Assembly (NCBI GenBank): GCA_038236005.1 | Contig: JBBSTI010000002.1 | Span: 1 to 58,676, forward strand | DNA: 58,676 nucleotides | Direction: 5' to 3' | Origin: Mycobacteriales bacterium | GTDB taxonomy: Bacteria > Actinomycetota > Actinomycetes > Mycobacteriales > SCTD01 | Shown here: positions 53,551 to 58,676 of the stretch, piece after piece | Layout: each line of letters starts with the position of its first letter | Numbering within the stretch: position 1 is the stretch's first letter | Program-made: the position numbers and the translations under genes | The notes under the pieces: model-generated | Seen by the model: the letters and a program-made list of their open reading frames with translations, nothing else | Told to the model about the DNA's origin: nothing | Database searches by the model: none

Positions 53551-54119
53551 CGCCACCCACCCTGTGTGCGCAGGGCCGCGGCAACCCGGTCGAAGCGGTC
53601 GCGGGCGAGGATCGCGCCCTCGCGTCGGATGTCGTCCTCGGCCAGCTCGAGGACCCGGTCCAGCCGCACGTACGAAGGGCGGTCCTCGCGGTCCCAGGCA
53701 CCGGGGCCGAGCGCGATCCAGTCGCGCTGACCGTCGCGTCGAGCGTTGGAGGACAGCATCAGGGCGAGCACGTGGTTGCCCTCGCGGCCCACCACCAGCA
53801 CCGGTCGGTCCTTGCCCCGACCGTCCTCCTCCTCGTACGCCACCCAGGTCCAGACCACTTCGCCCGGATCGGCGCGACCGTCCAGGTCGGGGGAGTAGGT
53901 GATCGTGCGCCCGCCAGCCGGAGCGCGTCGGTGCGACGCCCCCGTCCCGTCCGGGCGGTCGCGGGACGTGCCGGCCCTGTCCGAACGGCTCGAGCGCTTC
54001 CCTGCCCCCGTCGGTCGGCCCGAGGGCTTGGGTCCGCCGGTCTGCCCCTGCAGCTGCTGGAGCAGCCTCGGCGCCTCCCGCTGCGCCAACCGTGCCAGCC
54101 GTCCCCAGTTGATCGCCAT
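53547..54119 (-). CDS. PemK/MazF-fold protein with a disordered basic N-terminus
   Basis: PGEVVWTWV..GKDRPVLVV..LALMLSS..RPSYVRLDRV resembles the PemK SH3-like barrel. Its stop overlaps the protease ATG (ATGA). Confidence 0.55.
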   Translation of the reverse strand: MAINWGRLARLAQREAPRLLQQLQGQTGGPKPSGRPTGAGKRSSRSDRAGTSRDRPDGTGASHRRAPAGGRTITYSPDLDGRADPGEVVWTWVAYEEEDGRGKDRPVLVVGREGNHVLALMLSSNARRDGQRDWIALGPGAWDREDRPSYVRLDRVLELAEDDIRREGAILARDRFDRVAAALRTQGGWR

Positions 54120-54188
54120 GGCCTGACCGTACGTGGTGCGCCCCTGACGGGGTAGGGGCGTCAGGTCCGTCCACACGAAGGAGAAAAC

Positions 54189-55031
54189 GTGCCCGTCCCC
54201 ACCGTCACCCTCAACAACGGCGTCCAGGTCCCGCAGCTCGGCTACGGCGTGTTCCAGGTCCCGCCGGAGGAGACCGAGAAGCACGTCAGCGTCGCCCTCG
54301 AGGCCGGCTACCGGCACATCGACACCGCCAAGATCTACGGCAACGAGACCGGGGTCCGCAAGGCGATCGAGAGCTCCGGCATCGCCCGCGACGAGCTGTT
54401 CGTCACGACCAAGCTCTGGAACTCCGACCAGGGCAAGAAGACTGCCGTCCCGGCCTTCGAGAAGAGCTTGTCCAAGCTCGGGCTCGAGAAGCTCGACCTC
54501 TACCTCATCCACTGGCCCGCCCCGGCCAAGGCTGAGTGGATCGACACCTACCTGGCGCTGCAGGACGGGCCCTACGCGAACGGGCAGGTGCGCGCGCTCG
54601 GGGTCTCGAACTTCACCCACGTGCACCTGCGCAAGCTGCTGCTGGCAGCGGACGTGAAGCCGACCGTCAACCAGATCGAGCTGCACCCGCGGTTCCCGCA
54701 GGACGAGGCGCGGGCCTTCCACGCCGAGCACGAGATCGTCACCGAGGCCTGGAGCCCGATCGGTCAGGGCCAGGGACTGCTGGAGGACCCGGTGCTGGCG
54801 ACGATCGGCCGGTCGTACGACAAGAGCCCGGCCCAGGTCGTGCTCCGCTGGCACGTCCAGCTCGGCAACGTCGTCATCCCCAAGTCGGTCACGCCGTCGC
54901 GGATCGCCGACAACATCGACGTCTTCGATTTCGAGCTGTCCACCGACGACATGGCCCAGATCAGCGGGATGTCGGCGACGGACGGCACCGGGCGGCTCGG
55001 TCCCGACCCGGACGACTTCAACATCGAGTAG
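54189..55031 (+). CDS. Aldo/keto reductase (2,5-diketo-D-gluconate reductase-like)
   Basis: GYRHIDTAKIYGNE and LYLIHWP motifs. A strong RBS GAAGGAG is present. Confidence 0.9.
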   Translation: MPVPTVTLNNGVQVPQLGYGVFQVPPEETEKHVSVALEAGYRHIDTAKIYGNETGVRKAIESSGIARDELFVTTKLWNSDQGKKTAVPAFEKSLSKLGLEKLDLYLIHWPAPAKAEWIDTYLALQDGPYANGQVRALGVSNFTHVHLRKLLLAADVKPTVNQIELHPRFPQDEARAFHAEHEIVTEAWSPIGQGQGLLEDPVLATIGRSYDKSPAQVVLRWHVQLGNVVIPKSVTPSRIADNIDVFDFELSTDDMAQISGMSATDGTGRLGPDPDDFNIE

Positions 55032-55036
55032 GCACC

Positions 55037-56017
55037 GTGTCGATCCTGCTCACCGTCCTCGGCGTCGCGGTCATCGCTCTGGTCCTGTGGGACGTGTTGA
55101 TCACGGTGTTCAGCGCCAGCGGTGCCGGGGTGCTCACCCGGGCCTGGACGCAACCGGTGTGGGCAGGCCTGCTGACCGTGCACCGTCGCCGGCCCATCCA
55201 CGGGCTCCTGGCCCTGGCGGGTCCGGCGATGGTGCTGGTCGGGATCCTGCTCTGGTACGGGCTGCTGGGGGTCGGTACCTTCCTCGTCTTCAGTGCCGAC
55301 CCCGCGTCGGTGGTCCGGAGCGGCGACCGGTCGCCGGTGGACTCGATCAACGACGTCTACTTCGTCGGGACGGTCCTGTCCGGACTGGGCTACGGAGACC
55401 TGGTGCCCTCGGGCTTCCCCTGGACCTTGTGGTCGTCTGTCTCGGCCCTGCTCGGGACGGTCGTGCTGACCACGTCGCTGTCCTACATCCTGGCTGTGCT
55501 CAACCCCGCGGTTCAACGCAAGTCGCTCGCCTCCGGCGTGCGGGTGCTCGGCAGCTCGGCGTCGGAGATCGTCGAGACCGCCCAGCTGCACGACCCGTCG
55601 GCCTCGCTCCAGCCCTTCGTCACCAGCCTCACGACGCAGCTGAGCGACCTCACGGCCAAGCACCTGGCGTTCCCTGTGCTGCGGCACTTCCACTCCGCGC
55701 GCGTCGAGGCCTCGCCGACCCGCTCGGTGCTGCTCCTGTCGGACGCCACCTTCCTCATGGCCCAGCGGGTGGCGCCGCACCACCCGCCCGCTGGTCTGCT
55801 GAAGATCGTGCGTTCGACCATCAACGAGTACGCCGAGATCAAGTCCGGGGACCCGTCCGCAGTGCTGGACCACGATGTCCAGCGACGGCACCTGCGCGTC
55901 GAGGCCGAGCGGCTCGGCATCGTGACCGGCCCGGACTACCTCGCCGCCGAGACCGACTATCTGGACTGCAGGGACCGGCTCCTGACCCTGTGCGACGACG
56001 ACGGGTGGCCGCTCTGA
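55037..56017 (+). CDS. Potassium-channel family protein (pore loop GYGD) with an uncharacterised C-terminal domain
   Basis: TVLSGLGYGD selectivity filter between TM helices. The C-terminal about 170 aa is soluble. Confidence 0.75.
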   Translation: MSILLTVLGVAVIALVLWDVLITVFSASGAGVLTRAWTQPVWAGLLTVHRRRPIHGLLALAGPAMVLVGILLWYGLLGVGTFLVFSADPASVVRSGDRSPVDSINDVYFVGTVLSGLGYGDLVPSGFPWTLWSSVSALLGTVVLTTSLSYILAVLNPAVQRKSLASGVRVLGSSASEIVETAQLHDPSASLQPFVTSLTTQLSDLTAKHLAFPVLRHFHSARVEASPTRSVLLLSDATFLMAQRVAPHHPPAGLLKIVRSTINEYAEIKSGDPSAVLDHDVQRRHLRVEAERLGIVTGPDYLAAETDYLDCRDRLLTLCDDDGWPL

Positions 56018-56037
56018 GCGGGCGCGGCAGGCGCGTC

Positions 56038-56475
56038 TCAGGCGCCGCCGCGGTCGAACAACCGGGAGAGCACGATGACGCTCTCGGTGTGGTCGACGTT
56101 GGGCTTGTCGCGGACCCGCTCGATCGCGCTCTCGAGGTGGTGGTTGTCCGTCGCCCGCAGGTGGAGCATCGCGTCGGCGGAGCCGGAGACGGTGGCCGCG
56201 GCCAGCACCTCGGGGATGTCCTGCCAGGCCTTCTTCAGGGTCGCCGGGGAGATGATGCCCTTGCAGAACACCAGGACGTAGGCCTCGGTCGTCCAGCCCA
56301 TGGCGGCGTGGTCCACGACGACCGTGAACCCGCGCAGCGTCCCGCTCGCCCGTAGCCGGTCGACCCGACGCTTCACGGCCGGCGCGGAGAGGCCGACCTC
56401 GTCGCCCAGCTCGGCAAAGGTCGCCCGCCCGTCTGCGGTGAGCAGGGACACCAGCTGTTGGTCGATGCGGTCCAT
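56038..56475 (-). CDS. Lrp/AsnC-family transcriptional regulator
   Basis: HTH segment ATFAELGDEVGLSAPAVKRRVDRL plus an RAM domain. The ATG at 56475 was chosen. Confidence 0.9.
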   Translation of the reverse strand: MDRIDQQLVSLLTADGRATFAELGDEVGLSAPAVKRRVDRLRASGTLRGFTVVVDHAAMGWTTEAYVLVFCKGIISPATLKKAWQDIPEVLAAATVSGSADAMLHLRATDNHHLESAIERVRDKPNVDHTESVIVLSRLFDRGGA

Positions 56476-56609
56476 GCATCCATCCTGCAACAGATCGCCG
56501 CTGACAGTCTTCAGATGCAACGGAACGGCAGCCGGGACGCAGGAGAACGGGGGTCACAGGGGCTCCGGTGCTTCGTACGCTGTGAGTCCCTGATCCCGAG
56601 GAGACGCGC

Positions 56610-57479
56610 GTGACCACGACCCTGCCCGTGCTGCAGGCACAGCCCAGCACGTCGGAGGGCCGCCGCCCCCGCAGCTCCCATTTCCTGATGTGCCGTCCGG
56701 AGCACTTCGCCGTCGAATATGCGATCAACCCGTGGATGGACCTGACCGCCCCGGTGGACCCGGCCCGCGCGATCGCACAGTGGGAACAGCTGCGGGCGAC
56801 CTACGAGCGGCTCGGCCACCGGGTCGACCTGATCGACCCGATCCCTGGTCTGCCCGACATGGTGTTCGCGGCGAACGGTGGAACGGTGGTCGCAGGGCGC
56901 TCGCTCGCAGCGTCCTTCACGCATCCCGAGCGGCGGCCGGAGGGCGCGGCCTACGCCACCTGGCTGACTGCAGCCGGCTACGGCCCGGTCGAGACCGCGA
57001 CCGGGAGCAACGAGGGGGAGGGCGACTTCACCCTGGTCGGCGACCTCCTGCTGGCCGGAACCGGCTACCGCACCGAGCGCAGCGCGCACGCCCAGGCGCA
57101 GGAGCTGTTTGGCGTCCCGGTGGTCAGCCTGCAGCTGATCGACCCGCGCTTCTATCACCTGGACGTCGCTCTGTTCGCGCTCGGGGACGACAACGTCGCC
57201 TACTACCCGGCGGCTTTCAGCCCTGGCAGCCTGGCCGCGCTCGAGAAGCTGTTCCCGGACGCCGTGCTGGCCTCCGCCGACGACGCCTCGGTGCTCGGGC
57301 TCAACGCGGTCTGCGACGGTCGGCACGTCGTGCTCGCCCACACCGCGGAGCGCCTTGCCGAGCAGGTCGCCTCGCGCGGCTACGTCCCCGTCCCGGTCGA
57401 CCTGTCCGAGCTGCTCAAGGCGGGCGGCGGCGCGAAGTGCTGCACCCTCGAGATCCGTCCTGCACGAGAGGTTTCCTGA
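56610..57479 (+). CDS. Amidinotransferase/dimethylarginine dimethylaminohydrolase (DDAH)-family protein
   Basis: C-terminal GGGAKCCTLE with the catalytic Cys. The Lrp-DDAH-rocD arrangement matches M. tuberculosis Rv2324-Rv2321c. Confidence 0.75.
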   Translation: MTTTLPVLQAQPSTSEGRRPRSSHFLMCRPEHFAVEYAINPWMDLTAPVDPARAIAQWEQLRATYERLGHRVDLIDPIPGLPDMVFAANGGTVVAGRSLAASFTHPERRPEGAAYATWLTAAGYGPVETATGSNEGEGDFTLVGDLLLAGTGYRTERSAHAQAQELFGVPVVSLQLIDPRFYHLDVALFALGDDNVAYYPAAFSPGSLAALEKLFPDAVLASADDASVLGLNAVCDGRHVVLAHTAERLAEQVASRGYVPVPVDLSELLKAGGGAKCCTLEIRPAREVS

Positions 57480-58676
57480 TGACTGCCCTGCTGAACCGCA
57501 CCGAGATCATGCTCGCGGAGGCCGACGAGCACAGTGCGCACAACTACGCGCCGCTGCCGGTGGTGGCGCACTCGGCCGAGGGCGCCTGGATCACCGACGT
57601 CGACGGCCGACGCTTCCTCGACGTCCTGAGCGCCTACAGCGCACTGAACTTCGGGCACAGCCACCCGCACCTGCTCGCGGCCGCCCACGCGCAGCTCGAC
57701 CGGGTCACCCTGGTCAGCCGGGCGTTCCAGCACGACCAGATGGGCCGCTTCTGCGCGCGGTTGGCGCGGCTGTGCGGGAAGGATCTTGTGCTGCCGATGA
57801 ACACCGGCGCCGAGGCCGTCGAGTCTGGCATCAAGGTCGCTCGACGCTGGGGCTACCAGGTCAAGGGCGTCCCGGAGGGCCGCGCACAGATCACCGTGAT
57901 GGCCGGCAACTTCCACGGTCGCACGACCACGATCGTCGGCTTCTCCGACGACGAGCAGGCGCGGGCCGGCTTCGGTCCGTTCGCCCCTGGCTTCCGGATG
58001 GTCCCGTACGGCGACCTCGAAGCGCTCAAGGCCTCGCTGGACGGTGACAGCGTCGCGGTGCTGCTCGAGCCGGTGCAGGGTGAGGCCGGCGTGATCGTGC
58101 CGCCGGCCGGATATCTTGCAGCGGTGCGCAAAGCCTGCGACGAGGCCGGCGTGCTGATGATCGCCGACGAGGTGCAGGCCGGGCTCGGTCGCACGGGCAG
58201 GACCTTCGCCTGCGAGCACGAGGACGTCGAGCCGGACATGTACCTGCTCGGCAAGGCGCTCGGCGGCGGCGTGATCCCGCTGTCCGCGGTCGTCGCCAAC
58301 AGCGACGTCCTCGGGGTGCTGGAGCCTGGGAGCCACGGCAGCACGTTCGGCGGCAACCCGCTCGCCTGCGCGGTCGGCAACGCGGTGCTCGACCTGCTGG
58401 AGGACGGCTGGCCGCAGGAGCAGGCGCGGGTGCTCGGCGAGCACCTCACCGAGCGCTTGGAAGCCCTGGTCGGTCACGGCGTCACGGCCGTACGCACGAC
58501 CGGTCTCTGGGCCGGCGTCGACATCGACCCCGCCCTGGGCACCGCGCGCGAGGTCTGCAAGGACATGCTCGCGCTCGGCGTGCTGGCCAAGGACACGCAC
58601 GGCGTCACCGTCCGGATCGCGCCGCCGCTGATGATCTCCGAGGCCGACCTCGACCACGCCGTGGACGTCCTGGCCC
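57479..58676 (+). CDS. rocD: Ornithine--oxo-acid aminotransferase, 3' end cut by the window edge
   Basis: Not in the ORF track because it has no stop. I translated it by eye: MTALLNRTEIMLAEADEHSAHNYAPLPVV.., DEVQAGLGRTG, and the PLP lysine in LLGKALGGG. Its ATG overlaps the preceding TGA by 1 nt. Confidence 0.9.
   Translation, partial: MTALLNRTEIMLAEADEHSAHNYAPLPVVAHSAEGAWITDVDGRRFLDVLSAYSALNFGHSHPHLLAAAHAQLDRVTLVSRAFQHDQMGRFCARLARLCGKDLVLPMNTGAEAVESGIKVARRWGYQVKGVPEGRAQITVMAGNFHGRTTTIVGFSDDEQARAGFGPFAPGFRMVPYGDLEALKASLDGDSVAVLLEPVQGEAGVIVPPAGYLAAVRKACDEAGVLMIADEVQAGLGRTGRTFACEHEDVEPDMYLLGKALGGGVIPLSAVVANSDVLGVLEPGSHGSTFGGNPLACAVGNAVLDLLEDGWPQEQARVLGEHLTERLEALVGHGVTAVRTTGLWAGVDIDPALGTAREVCKDMLALGVLAKDTHGVTVRIAPPLMISEADLDHAVDVLA

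Noticed and set aside
53547-54119. The PemK/MazF-fold gene considered as a classical type II toxin-antitoxin locus
   Set aside because: No small antitoxin ORF is adjacent on either side. The gene is instead coupled to a protease and its inhibitor, so it is reported as an unusual operon rather than a TA pair.
54120-54854. Upstream 245 codons of the 435-aa minus ORF, antisense to the aldo/keto reductase
   Set aside because: They are low-complexity and opposite a motif-rich AKR. The PemK-fold protein starts at the ATG at 54119.
54764-58657. Minus-strand ORFs of 654 and 425 aa antisense to the K+ channel, Lrp, DDAH and rocD regions
   Set aside because: They are Arg/Gly/Pro/His-rich shadows without domain signatures.
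1-58676. Search by eye for tRNA, rRNA, tmRNA, riboswitches, IS elements, integrases and prophage genes
   Set aside because: No non-coding gap exceeds about 240 bp. I saw no tRNA-like T-arm (GGTTCGAATCC-type) sequence, and no transposase, integrase or phage-like translation. A covariance-model scan (Infernal/Rfam, tRNAscan-SE) would be needed to exclude small RNAs.

Overview
This is a very GC-rich actinobacterial chromosomal segment in which third codon positions are almost all G/C. It is densely packed, with about 65 protein-coding genes on both strands. I found no rRNA, tRNA, transposase, integrase or CRISPR array. Gene content echoes the mycobacterial Rv3218-Rv3228 neighbourhood: a dagK-like kinase, whiB1, pdtaS, rshA-sigH, an SRAP peptidase and aroA-rsgA. 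Other typical actinobacterial markers are Ni-SOD sodN/sodX, the micro-protein bL37, an rsbW/sigF-like pair and Lrp-DDAH-rocD. A Nocardioides-like or Propionibacteriales organism is only a guess. Most of the window is ordinary housekeeping DNA.

Items worth a second look:
1. A single polypeptide fusing an adenylation domain, a carrier domain and a membrane AT3 acyltransferase (26865-29726). It is divergent from an iron ABC operon across a 50-bp region holding an iron-box-like palindrome.
2. A translationally coupled operon of a PemK-fold protein, a protealysin-like M4 protease and an emfourin inhibitor (52244-54119).
3. Two tandem TPR-like/GGDEF modules (44377-47636). The first is broken by a frameshift in a G5 run, and there is no stop codon between the modules.
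4. An array of about five 28-bp hairpin repeats between the iron-binding-protein and permease genes. Perfect in-frame tandem duplications also sit inside fbpC and inside a hydrolase gene.
5. The bL37 micro-gene nested in frame at the 3' end of a membrane-protein ORF.
6. Predicted regulatory sites: SigH/SigR-type promoters before sigH and msrA, IdeR-type iron boxes, and several leaderless-type -10 boxes.

All functional calls rest on motif and family recognition by eye from the supplied translations. No database search was run.
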